Origin: Candidatus Marinacidobacterales bacterium
GTDB taxonomy: Bacteria; Acidobacteriota; Vicinamibacteria; Marinacidobacterales; SMYC01
Assembly: GCA_965237955.1 (NCBI GenBank)
Contig: OZ250169.1
Coordinates: 4,288,001 to 4,352,000 of the forward strand
Reading direction: 5' to 3'
DNA length: 64,000 bases
Below are positions 36,234 to 46,291 of the stretch, one piece after another. Both the position numbers and the translations under genes were made by a program. How positions within the stretch are numbered: the first letter of the stretch is position 1; each line of letters begins with the position of its first letter. The notes below the pieces were generated by a model. It was not told the DNA's origin. It searched no databases and was given only the letters and a program-made list of their open reading frames with translations.

Positions 36234-38122
36234 CGCCTAACGGCCCTAGGGAGCTCGTAGACCCGTCCTTCGTCGAACGAGGCGACGAGTAGAAAGCCCA
36301 AGCTCTCCGTGAGCGCTTCGGCTCTTTGAATCAGCGCCTCCCATTCGCGATCGGTGTAGCCGTTTCGGTGGAACACCGCGAAACGCACGCCGAGCTTCTC
36401 GAGCTCAGCGAGCCCGTCGTCATCGGGAAAGCGCGCCAAGCGCTGGAACAATCGCTCGTGGGATTGCGGTGTGAAACCGCTGTAGCCGTTTACCAGCGGC
36501 GCGAAGTGCGCGAGCGAGTACAACATATAGGTCGAGTGTGTCCTCGCCGACGCGACGTCGTCACGCGGATCCGGAATCGGAAGGACGACGATCGGATCCG
36601 ATGTGGAGCTATCCGCGAGCCACTGGTCCATGGGCGACGTCGTTACTTCGTAGTGGGTCGTCTCGAGCGGAAACGCGGCGAACTCAACTAGAAGGAGGAC
36701 AACGAGTAAAACGATCGTAGGCGCGATTCGCTTCCGTTTCGAGACAACGAGCTCGGCGCCGAAACCTGCGAGCACCGAGAGCGCGAGCACCGTGAGGAGC
36801 GTCAACCGCGATGGCACGCGGATGAAGTCGAATCCGGGGACCACCCGGTATAGGGCCGTATAGAGACTCGCGGGTGGACCGAGCGACGCCCACAACGAGA
36901 ACGCGCCCAGCCAAAAATAGAAACCGGCGGCAACGCCGATACGACGCTCCGTCCATGTCTTCCACCGCGCCCGATAACCTTTGGCAAAAGGCGCGCGACG
37001 ATAGATTAGAAACCGCACGGCGAGAAGCACGATCGTGAGAACGAGAGCTCGCTCGCCGCCGCTAGCTGAAAACCCACCGATTCGGACGCCCCCGGCCAAC
37101 TCGATTCCGATCGCCATGAGCGCGAGCGCGAGGATGATCAGATCCAGGAGCGGTCCCGCCGGCGGCGCTCTCGTCCCGTTTCTCGCGGGGACGAACGCGA
37201 ACATCGCGAGCACGAGCGGAAGGAGCCCGGGAAAGAGGTACGCTTTTGCTTCGCGGCGGACGCGGTCTTCCCAGCCGAGAACGCGGAGCACCCAGCGATC
37301 GACATGGGTCGGGGACGCGATGAAGCTCTCGGCGTTCGGAGACCACACGATCGCCTCTTGCAAGCTGCGTTCGAGCCCGAGCTCTCGCTGGACTGTCAGG
37401 TACGGCAGCACGAACGGGATGTTGAGAGCGAGCACGAGAAGCGTCGTCCCGGCGAAGTCGACCGAGAGCCGGCTTCCGGGTTTCACCTCACCGAGGACGA
37501 GTTGGTAGAGCCCGAGTGCTAAGGCGGCGAGCGCGAGAAAGAGACCGCTCTGACCGCCGGACCATGCCTGCACTGTGAAAAACAGGCCAGCGCCGACGAG
37601 GTGGCGTGTCGTTCCTCCACGCGCGTAGCGATGGAGGAGCGCGAGACAAAACGGGATCCATTGCACCGTCGCCAAGTGAAGCTGCCCGAGTCGAAAAAAC
37701 CGCGGCGGTGTGAGCGTGAAGACGATCCCGCAAACGAGCGCGCCGAACCAGCCGAGCCCGAGCTCGCGCCCGAGAAAAAACGCGCCGATCCCGGAAAGCG
37801 CGCACGAAAGCAAAACCACGAGGTTCATCGCCAGCAGTGGATTGCCACCCGCGGCGATCACCGGTGCTGCGAAAAGCGCGCTACCGATCTGATGCTCCGA
37901 GTAGGCGAGCGTTCTCGACTCAGGATAGAAGATATTGGCGTCGAATATCGCGAGCGGTTGCCGTACCAACGCGTGCACGTCCCATACGAGAGTCCACAAG
38001 AACAGCCGCGTGTCCGGACCGAGGTCGAGCGCTTCCGTGGCCGGGTGGAGGCTGAGCGGCAGCGCGAAGACCGACGTCAGGACAAAGAAGACGAGAGCGA
38101 TGGCGAGAAGGCGAGCGAGCAT
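36230..38122 (-). CDS. Polytopic membrane protein (GT-C / YfhO-like glycosyltransferase-related)
   Basis: Many TM helices; IFDANIFYP..TLAYSEH, LYRVVPGFDFIRVPSR and LVNGYSGF motifs. Confidence 0.65.
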   Translation of the reverse strand: MLARLLAIALVFFVLTSVFALPLSLHPATEALDLGPDTRLFLWTLVWDVHALVRQPLAIFDANIFYPESRTLAYSEHQIGSALFAAPVIAAGGNPLLAMNLVVLLSCALSGIGAFFLGRELGLGWFGALVCGIVFTLTPPRFFRLGQLHLATVQWIPFCLALLHRYARGGTTRHLVGAGLFFTVQAWSGGQSGLFLALAALALGLYQLVLGEVKPGSRLSVDFAGTTLLVLALNIPFVLPYLTVQRELGLERSLQEAIVWSPNAESFIASPTHVDRWVLRVLGWEDRVRREAKAYLFPGLLPLVLAMFAFVPARNGTRAPPAGPLLDLIILALALMAIGIELAGGVRIGGFSASGGERALVLTIVLLAVRFLIYRRAPFAKGYRARWKTWTERRIGVAAGFYFWLGAFSLWASLGPPASLYTALYRVVPGFDFIRVPSRLTLLTVLALSVLAGFGAELVVSKRKRIAPTIVLLVVLLLVEFAAFPLETTHYEVTTSPMDQWLADSSTSDPIVVLPIPDPRDDVASARTHSTYMLYSLAHFAPLVNGYSGFTPQSHERLFQRLARFPDDDGLAELEKLGVRFAVFHRNGYTDREWEALIQRAEALTESLGFLLVASFDEGRVYELPRAVRR

Positions 38123-38211
38123 GGAATCCGAGCGACACTAGCACGAGTGTCACGGACCGCGCCAGGTTGCTCTAACAGTATGTTCTGGATGGACTTAAGC
38201 GTTTCGCTGCC

Positions 38212-38241
38212 TTGACAGCCGTTCACCCCGAAGGCTATAAT
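38212..38241 (+). promoter_or_regulatory. Consensus sigma70 promoter for the nfeD-SPFH operon
   Basis: TTGACA-N18-TATAAT, 13 nt before the ATG. Confidence 0.75.
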
Positions 38242-38254
38242 TCCGAGATAAAGC

Positions 38255-39559
38255 ATGCGACTATCTCGCCTACTATCAACCGCTTCTGTCGGTCTTGCCG
38301 TGATGGTGGGTTTCCCGCTTTCCGCGCTCGCGGCACCGATTTACAAAGTCGTTTTGAACGACGTCATCCACGGGGTGACCGCGGGACACGTCATCGACAC
38401 CATCGACGCGGCCGCCGAAGATGACGCCGAGCTGGTTCTCATCGAGCTCGAGACTCCGGGCGGCCTCCTGGTGTCGACGCGCGACATGATCGAGGCGATT
38501 CTCGGAAGCGAGCGACCCGTGGTCGTGTACGTTGCTCCGGCTGGAGCGCGGGCGGCTTCGGCCGGTTTCTTGATCATGATCTCGGCCGACGTTGCCGTCA
38601 TGGCGCCGGGCACGAACACCGGGGCGGCCACACCCGTGTCCGGAATCGGCCCGGAGCTCGAGGGCACGATGCAGAAGAAAGTGATCTCGGACGCGGCCGC
38701 CTACACCCGATCGATTGCCGAGAGACGGGGTCGCAATCCGGAGACGGCAGAAAAGGCGGTGACGGAAACGCTTTCGTGGACCGCGACCGAGGCAAAAGAA
38801 GCCGGGCTCATCGACTACATCGTGGAGAGCGAGGAAGAGCTTCTCGACATCCTCGACGGGATGACCATCGAGCGCGCCGGCGGTGACATCGTCCTCGCGA
38901 CCGCCGGTCAGGAAGTCGTCGTTCGCGAGATGACGCGCAAGCAAAAGATTCTGTCGTTCATCGCCAACCCGAACATCGCCGTCTTGCTCGGTATGATCGG
39001 CCTCGCCGGTCTCTACCTCGAGTTCTCGAATCCCGGAAGCTTCGTTCCCGGAATTCTCGGCGGCATCGCGATTCTCCTCGCCGCGTTCGCGTTCGAGATC
39101 CTTCCGGTGAACATCGTCGGCGTCATTTTGCTCGTCGCCGGCTTCGGGCTTCTGATAATAGAAGCGTTCACGCCGTCGTTCGGCGTGATGGGTGCCGGTG
39201 GGGTCATCGCGATCGTTCTCGGTGCGCTGTTTCTATTCGAAGAGCAACCGCTACCGACACCTGCTCTGCAGGTCAGCCTGGGGATGATTCTACCGGTGGC
39301 GATTCTTCTCGGGCTCATCGTCGTTTTCGTGGGCCGCAAGATCGTCGAGGCCCAGCGGCGGCCTCCGCTCACCGGCAACGAAAGCCTCGTCGGCCGTTTC
39401 GCGACGACGAGGACCGTAATCGACGGTGAGGGCAAAGTTTTCATTCATGGCGAATACTGGGATGCTCGCTCGGCCGAATCGATCGACGAAGGCGAGCGCG
39501 TCAAAGTCGTCGCTGTCGACGGCCTGATGCTTCAAGTCGAGCGCGTACCCGAATCCTAA
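38255..39559 (+). CDS. nfeD: Long NfeD (ClpP-like protease domain + TM + OB fold)
   Basis: LETPGGL, GARAASAG, MAPGTNTGAATP, and C-terminal GKVFIHGEYWDA. Confidence 0.88.
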   Translation: MRLSRLLSTASVGLAVMVGFPLSALAAPIYKVVLNDVIHGVTAGHVIDTIDAAAEDDAELVLIELETPGGLLVSTRDMIEAILGSERPVVVYVAPAGARAASAGFLIMISADVAVMAPGTNTGAATPVSGIGPELEGTMQKKVISDAAAYTRSIAERRGRNPETAEKAVTETLSWTATEAKEAGLIDYIVESEEELLDILDGMTIERAGGDIVLATAGQEVVVREMTRKQKILSFIANPNIAVLLGMIGLAGLYLEFSNPGSFVPGILGGIAILLAAFAFEILPVNIVGVILLVAGFGLLIIEAFTPSFGVMGAGGVIAIVLGALFLFEEQPLPTPALQVSLGMILPVAILLGLIVVFVGRKIVEAQRRPPLTGNESLVGRFATTRTVIDGEGKVFIHGEYWDARSAESIDEGERVKVVAVDGLMLQVERVPES

Positions 39560-39586
39560 TCCTAATCCTAATCAAAGGGAGTCATT

Positions 39587-40369
39587 ATGCTTGGACTACC
39601 AATCGGAATCCTTGCTGGCCTGATTTTTGGCGCAGTTTTTCTGCTCAACTGGCTCAAAGTTCTCAATGAGTACGAACGGGGCGTCGTGTTCCGTTTGGGT
39701 AATTTGCTCCCGATGCCGAAGGGACCGGGACTGGTGATAGTGTTCGCGCCCATCGACCGCATGGTGAAGGTGAGTCTCCGCCTCGTTGCGCTCGACGTGC
39801 CGCCGCAGGACGTCATCACCAAGGACAACGTGACGGTGAAAGTCAACGCTGTCGTCTTCTTTCGCGTGGTCGATCCCATCAAGGCGATCGTCGAAGTCGA
39901 AAGCTTCCTCCATGCGACGTCGCAGCTCGCACAGACGACGCTCAGGAGCGTCCTCGGTCAAGCGGAGCTCGACGATCTTCTCGCCGAGCGCGACCGCCTG
40001 AACTTGCAGCTCCAGGACATACTCGACAAACACACCGATCCTTGGGGTATCAAAGTCACTTCGGTCGAGGTCAAACACGTCGACCTTCCGAGCGAGATGC
40101 AGCGCGCCATCGCCAAACAGGCGGAAGCCGAGCGCGAGAAGCGCGCCAAAGTGATCCACGCCGAAGGTGAGCTGCTCGCATCAGAACAGCTCTCCGAGGC
40201 CGCGGCAATCGTCGGCAGGCATCCTCTGGGCGTGCAGCTTCGCTACCTCCAGACGCTCACCGAGATCGCGACCGAGAAAAACTCTACTATCATCTTTCCA
40301 CTGCCGATTGAGCTCGTCGAGCCCTTCCTCGGCGGATTCAGGGAGTGGAAGAAGAAGCAGGGCTCGTAA
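39587..40369 (+). CDS. SPFH/stomatin-like (slipin) protein
   Basis: [31 protein letters not shown] and [11 protein letters not shown] motifs. Confidence 0.93.
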   Translation: MLGLPIGILAGLIFGAVFLLNWLKVLNEYERGVVFRLGNLLPMPKGPGLVIVFAPIDRMVKVSLRLVALDVPPQDVITKDNVTVKVNAVVFFRVVDPIKAIVEVESFLHATSQLAQTTLRSVLGQAELDDLLAERDRLNLQLQDILDKHTDPWGIKVTSVEVKHVDLPSEMQRAIAKQAEAEREKRAKVIHAEGELLASEQLSEAAAIVGRHPLGVQLRYLQTLTEIATEKNSTIIFPLPIELVEPFLGGFREWKKKQGS

Positions 40370-40403
40370 CCGCAGAAACAGCGGCACTGTCAAAGGAGCG
40401 TTC

Positions 40404-41522
40404 ATGACCATGGAAAGTGAAGACCTGACTATCCGTGGCTCTTTGTCCAAGTCGAGCCTGCCCGAGCTGCTCGCTTCCATCAGCCGGAGCAAAGAGACGG
40501 GGATCTTCAACTTCCATGATGCGGGGCGGTGGAAGGCGATCTATTTCAAAGAGGGCCGCATCATATATGCGATGTCGAACGCGCAGGACGATCGCCTTGG
40601 CGAGTTCCTGCTCAAGACCGCCAAGATCACGGTGCGTCAATTTCTCGAAGCGAGCAAGATGATCCAGCCGGACAAAAAGCTCGGCGCGGTTCTGGTGGAG
40701 CAGCGCATCATCACCCCGGACGATCTGTTCGTCGCCATCCACCGGCACGCCGAGGCCATTGTCTACAGCCTGTTCGATTGGACCCGCGGAGAGTACGAGT
40801 TCGTCATCAAGGACCTCACCGCGGAAGGTCCGATGGTGCTCGATTTGGACTCCGAGAACGTCATCCTCGAAGGGATTCGACGGCTCATGGACTTCACCCG
40901 TATCTACGCGGGAGTGGGGCCGCTCGAGACGGTGCTGCGGCCGTCGGACAACGCCGACAGCCTCACCCATAAGCTGAATCTCGACGAGGACGAATCGCAG
41001 GTCCTGTCGCTCGTCAACGGACGGCTCAACGTCGAGCAGATCCTGGCGATGAGCTATTTGCCGAACTTCGAGACACTGCGCATCCTCTTCGGCCTCCTCT
41101 CGGGCGGAGTTCTCGAGCGCGGCGGCTCGGAGGAAGCCGAAAAGCGCGGCATCGAGCTCGAATACGAGCTCCAGGAAGTCGTGGAGCACTATAACGGAAA
41201 CTTCGAAAGAGTGTGCGGTTTCCTGCGCGAGAAGCTCGATGATGACGAGGCGATCCAGTTCACCGACCGCGTCATGGGGGAAGTGGCGAAGCAGTTTCTG
41301 CTCCTCTTCGAAAGCGTCGAGCTCGGTAGTGCGGGGCGCGTGGATTTCGACCAGCTGCTCCAGAACCTCGGCGACAAGCCTCACGAGGCCAAGAAAGCCG
41401 TCCTCGTCGACGGTCTGAACGAGCTTACTTATGCGTTGTTGCTCCAGATCGGGCGCGAGCTCGGCAAGAGCGAGCAGGAGACGGTGGCAACGAGCATTCT
41501 CAGCCAGACACAACCTGGATGA
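40404..41522 (+). CDS. DUF4388 domain protein
   Basis: GSLSKSSLPELL..TG..IYFKEGRIIYA.SN..RLGEFL..LFDWTRGEYEF. AAAGGAG SD precedes ATG 40404. Confidence 0.8.
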   Translation: MTMESEDLTIRGSLSKSSLPELLASISRSKETGIFNFHDAGRWKAIYFKEGRIIYAMSNAQDDRLGEFLLKTAKITVRQFLEASKMIQPDKKLGAVLVEQRIITPDDLFVAIHRHAEAIVYSLFDWTRGEYEFVIKDLTAEGPMVLDLDSENVILEGIRRLMDFTRIYAGVGPLETVLRPSDNADSLTHKLNLDEDESQVLSLVNGRLNVEQILAMSYLPNFETLRILFGLLSGGVLERGGSEEAEKRGIELEYELQEVVEHYNGNFERVCGFLREKLDDDEAIQFTDRVMGEVAKQFLLLFESVELGSAGRVDFDQLLQNLGDKPHEAKKAVLVDGLNELTYALLLQIGRELGKSEQETVATSILSQTQPG

Positions 41523-41643
41523 GAAGACAGCTTCCAGTCGCTGGGAGCTGCATGAAACTTGAAATCCCACGCTCACTGTGGGTTACAATACGTTATTCTG
41601 AGACAACCTAAACTTCTCTGGGGTTACAAAGGAGTGATGGGAG

Positions 41644-42264
41644 ATGGCCGAGTACGATGACGGGGCCTACTATGAGGTCCAGCTGAACAATAAGCAGCTG
41701 GTCTTCTTCTTCATGGCGACCCTAGCCATTGCTGTAGTTGTTTTCCTCTGCGGTGTCATGGTCGGTCGCGGCGTTCACGACGCGACGCTCGCAGCGGATC
41801 AGAACGACATCGCGGCGATGAGCCTCAGAACCAACACGACGGAAGCGCAACCGATGCCGGTCGCGAACAAGCCCAATTTGGACTACACCAAGCGGCTCGA
41901 GAGCGACAAGGAGCAGCACAGGCTCGAACCGGTGCAGTCGGTGAAATCCGAAAGCCCAGAGACCGTGGCCCGTGTCACCAGCCGGTCCAAAGCACCACCG
42001 CCGCCGCCAAAACCGCGGGCGACGACTCTCGGCAAGAGCGAAGGTGCGTTCACGATTCAGGTGGTTGCGCTCAAAACGGAAGACGCGGCTCAGTCGCTCC
42101 TGAACCGACTCAAGCAGAAGAACTATCGGGCTTATCTTGAGGATGGCGGTGAAGCTGGGCTTCACCGCGTTCGGGTGGGCCGGTTCTCGACCCGAGCCGA
42201 AGCCAAAAAAGTCGCGCAAAAACTACAGGACGAGGAGAGGTTCAAGCCCTACATCACCCAATAG
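41644..42264 (+). CDS. SPOR domain membrane protein
   Basis: N-terminal TM (VFLCGVMVGRG) and C-terminal FTIQVVA...HRVRVGRFSTRAEA. Confidence 0.88.
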   Translation: MAEYDDGAYYEVQLNNKQLVFFFMATLAIAVVVFLCGVMVGRGVHDATLAADQNDIAAMSLRTNTTEAQPMPVANKPNLDYTKRLESDKEQHRLEPVQSVKSESPETVARVTSRSKAPPPPPKPRATTLGKSEGAFTIQVVALKTEDAAQSLLNRLKQKNYRAYLEDGGEAGLHRVRVGRFSTRAEAKKVAQKLQDEERFKPYITQ

Positions 42265-42288
42265 CCAAACTTGGAGCGAGCAATAACG

Positions 42289-43384
42289 ATGATCTCGACT
42301 ATCGAAGGACTGCTGGATCGTTACCAGGACCTCAAACGTCGCGCACATGACGTGCGAGGTTATCTTTGACGAGGCCGCGCTTCGAAAATCGCTTCAAGAG
42401 TTAGAAGGCAAGCTCGCAAACCCGGAGGTTTGGGCCGATCCAGCCAAAGGCGAAAAGCTCTCGCGCGAGCGCGGCCGTCTGCAAACGGACCTCGATCTCA
42501 TCCGCAAGCTGAACGACTGCGAGGAAGAAGTCTCGACGCTCGTCGACTGGGCCAAGGAGGGCGAGAGCGTCGGAGACGATCTCGTTTCCCACCTCGACAA
42601 GTGGCACGAGGAAGTCGAAGCGGCGGAGCTACAAAAGCTCCTCGGCGGAGAGCATGACAGAACCAATGCCATCGTTAGCATCCACCCGGGCGCCGGCGGC
42701 ACCGAGTCGCAGGATTGGGCAGAGATGCTCTTGCGCATGTACCTCCGGTGGGCCGAGAAGCACGAATTCGAGACCGAGATGATCGACTACCAGGAGGGTG
42801 AAGAGGCGGGGCTCAAGAGTGCCACGTTCACCGTGACCGGGCCGTACGCCTATGGCTATCTGAGCTCCGAAGTGGGCGTGCATCGTCTCGTCCGGATCTC
42901 TCCTTTCGATGCCGCGAAGAGGCGGCACACGTCGTTTGCTTCGGTGTTCGTCTTTCCCGAGATCGATCAAGACGTCGACGTCGAGATTGACGAGAAGGAC
43001 CTCCGCATCGACACCTACCGCTCGAGTGGCAAGGGTGGCCAGCACGTGAACGTTACCGATTCCGCGGTGCGGATCACGCACATCCCGACCGGCATCGTGA
43101 CCCAGTGCCAGAACGAGCGATCACAGCACCGCAACAAGGAGATGGCGATGCGCGTGCTGAGGGCGCGAATCTACGACCTGAGGCTCAAAGAACAGCAGGA
43201 AAAAGTTGATGCGATGCATGAAGTCAAGAAAGACATCGCCTGGGGGAATCAGATTCGCTCGTACGTGTTCCAGCCCTACCGCATGGTCAAAGACCACCGC
43301 ACCAAAGTCGAAACGGGCGACGTCGACCGCGTCATGGACGGCGACCTGGACGCTTTGATTAAAGCCTTCCTGTTGGATCGCTGA
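42289..43384 (+). CDS. prfB: Peptide chain release factor 2, programmed +1 frameshift
   Basis: ATG 42289 MISTIEGLL...RGYL, then GAGGT-TAT-CTT-TGA-C (CTT 42364-66). Continues DEAALR... with SPF and GGQ motifs. Confidence 0.95.
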
Positions 43385-43502
43385 AGAAACTTATCTTCCT
43401 TAATACGGAAACCGGTTCCGCGGCTGCAAACACCTCTGCGAGCACTGGCTGCTGCTACACTAGTTCTCATTCCGCGGGGACAATTCAGCTCGATAACAAG
43501 CC

Positions 43503-46118
43503 ATGAATTTGGCCTTTGGGGTCTGTGTCGCTACCGTCGTCTGCTGGGCGGGGCTCGCGCTCCTCGTCGCACGCTTCCGGCCGCCCAGACCGGTGTGGCC
43601 CGCTCTGTTCTGGTTCAGCGTCACTGGTCTGCTCTGGTCCCTGGGTGAGTTAGGCACCGCGTTCGTCCGGTCCAGCGAGTCATTGGAACTGGCTTTTGGT
43701 GCTGTACACGGGCGTCCTGACCGGTCCGCCGACATGGTGGTCGGTCACGCTCCGGTTCGCACAACTGCGAGCACGAAGGCCCGAGTGGGCAACACCCTTC
43801 ATTGAGTTTGCTCCGCTCGCGATCGGCATCTTCTGCTGGCTCGTCCTCGTGACCAATCCACTTCACGGGGGGTTCATCGAACCGGTTTGGAACGGGCGCA
43901 ACGAATACCGCCTGCTTTGGTATGTTCAAGCGGTCTCGGGTTATCTGAGCCTTTTGGGCTCGTTCGCGCTCATCGCATGGTTGCGGATGGGGAAGGAGCA
44001 GCGCGCTTCGACGCGCACGCAGCTCGACATTCTCCTGCTCGCGCCGGTCTTGCCGATCGTCGCCAACTTTCTGTACGTGACTCGGATCTGGAACCCGAAT
44101 TTCGATCCGACCGTCGCCGCTTTCGGCGTCGGTCTCGCTCTTGTCTTCTTCGGCATGTTCAGGAACCGGTTGTATCAGCGGGCTCACTCTGGATCACCTC
44201 ACCCGCCATAAGAGCGACGGCGTGGCGGTGTTGGACAGCGATGGAAGACTCGTTCTCGCCAATCCCGCGGCAGCGCGTCTCGTCGGTGCCGACGCACTCA
44301 CGCCGGATTCGTTCTTCGTCGAGTTTCTCGCGGCGCGGCTCGGCGTCAACGGGAAAGACGCGCTCTCGATCTTGATGGCCGAAGACCAGCCCGAGCAAGG
44401 TCATCTGTTCCAAGTGTGCCGGACCGACGACCCGTGTCGGTGGATGCGCCTCCAATCCACTCCTATTCCCGGACGGTGGCCGTCACGCGGCGGCCTCGGG
44501 ATTCGGCTTCGAGACGAGACCAAGCTGCACGAAGCAACCGAGAGAGCGGCGCAGCAAGCCGCGAGCATCGAAGCCATTCTCGGCTCCATCCACGACGGTC
44601 TTTTCGTCGTCGATGCCTTGGGCCGACTCGTGTACGCGAACGACAGGTTCTGGCAGATGTGGGATCTCTCCCGCGTCGTTCCCGCCGGGATTGACGAGCG
44701 AGGTCTCGTGGATGAGCTCGTAACGCGCGTCGATGCAAAAGACGCCGAGCGCGTGCGCGCGTTGGCGCGCGACACCAAAACCATGGCCGAAGGCGTCGAC
44801 CTCGAGCTCAAATCGGGCGGTGTGTTGACGTTGGCAACCGCTCCGCTCATCCGAAGCCAGCAGGTCGTTGGGCGGGTTTGGACTTTCCGAGACGTCACCG
44901 AGCGCGCGAAGACAGAGCACGAGCGCCGCCAAATGGAAGAGCGCATGCGCGAGAGCCAGAAGCTCGAGAGCCTGGGGGTTCTCGCGGGCGGCATCGCCCA
45001 CGATTTCAACAACATTCTCGTCGGTATTCTCGGAAACGTCGACCTCGCGATGACGGGCCTCGACCGAGGCGCATCCGCGAACCGTCACCTCACCCGCGTC
45101 CGGAAATCGGCTGACCGCGCCGCCGAGCTCGTCCAGCAACTGTTGGCCTACGCCGGTCGCGGACAAGTCCCGTCGGTTACGGTGGACCTTTCGCGACTCG
45201 TTCGAGAAACCAGGGAGCTCCTGAGAAGCGCACTCTCGAAAAAGGCAGAGCTCAAAGTCGACTTGGTGTCCGATCTTTTCGTCGAAGGCGATCCGGTGCA
45301 GCTCGGCCAGATCGTGATGAACATTCTCACCAACGCTTCGGACGCCCTCGGAGACGAAGCCGGTGTCATCCGTATCGAGACTGGCGTTCGCCGCGTAACC
45401 GATGCTCTGGTGACGGACGCGCTTCCACAGCAACAGGTGGAAGAGGATGACTACGCCTTCCTCGAAATCTCGGACACCGGTTGCGGCATGGATGCCGATA
45501 CGATCGGGCGTATCTTCGAGCCATTTTTCAGCACCAAGTTCACTGGACGAGGACTCGGTCTGTCGGCGGCGCTCGGGATCGTTCGACGGCATCACGGGTT
45601 CATCAAAGTCCGCAGCGCGCCGGCAGAGGGCACGACGTTCTTGCTACTGTTGCCCCTCGTCACTGTCAGAGTGAGCGTCGGGGCCCAGCCTTCGAAGACG
45701 AGGTCTCCACGGGCGCCGCTGCCGCTGCCGCAGCCGTGCGGGACGATCCTCGTGGTCGATGACGAAGAGCCGGTCCGCGCGCTCGGTGCTCGAGCTCGAA
45801 GGGTTTCGCGTGCTCGTGGCGGAAGACGGCCATGATGGCCTGCGCCGCTTCCGTGCGCACGTTTCCGAGGTTGGAGCGATCCTGCTCGATATTACCATGC
45901 CGCGGATGGACGGCGTGGAAGCGCTCTTCGCCATCCGCCAGATCTCGCGCGAGGTACCGGTGATCCTGTCGAGCGGCTACAGCGAGAAGGACACGATGGT
46001 CCGGTGCGCGGGACTGTCGGGAACGAGCTTTATCCAAAAGCCGTACACCGCCCAGGCGCTGGTCGCGAAGGTGCGTGACGCATTGGTGGCCGTCGTCGCC
46101 GAGCCTGCCCGCGACTAG
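43503..46118 (+). pseudogene. Hybrid sensor kinase (7TM N-domain, PAS, HisKA, HATPase, REC) split by three frameshifts
   Basis: Consecutive track ORFs 43503, 43696, 44141 and 45759 join into one protein: LAGGIAHDFNN, N/G boxes, ILVVDDE...LLDITMP...FIQKP. Could also be assembly indels. Confidence 0.75.
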
Positions 46119-46291
46119 CGCGGGCCGCCCTTCGGTTCGATTCCTCGGACCAACTTGTTACCACTCGCTCGGTCCCGACGGTGGCTCGGGCGCACACGTG
46201 TGCGCGGAGGATGTGAGCGCGGGAGCGTCAGATCGAGAGCCATCTCTGGGGGGGACCGCCCGGTGGGGGATCTGCTATAACTAACTGTTCA

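Noticed and set aside
39552-39573. (ATCCTA)n tract between nfeD and the SPFH gene
   Set aside because: Three to four units of a simple repeat with no evident function.
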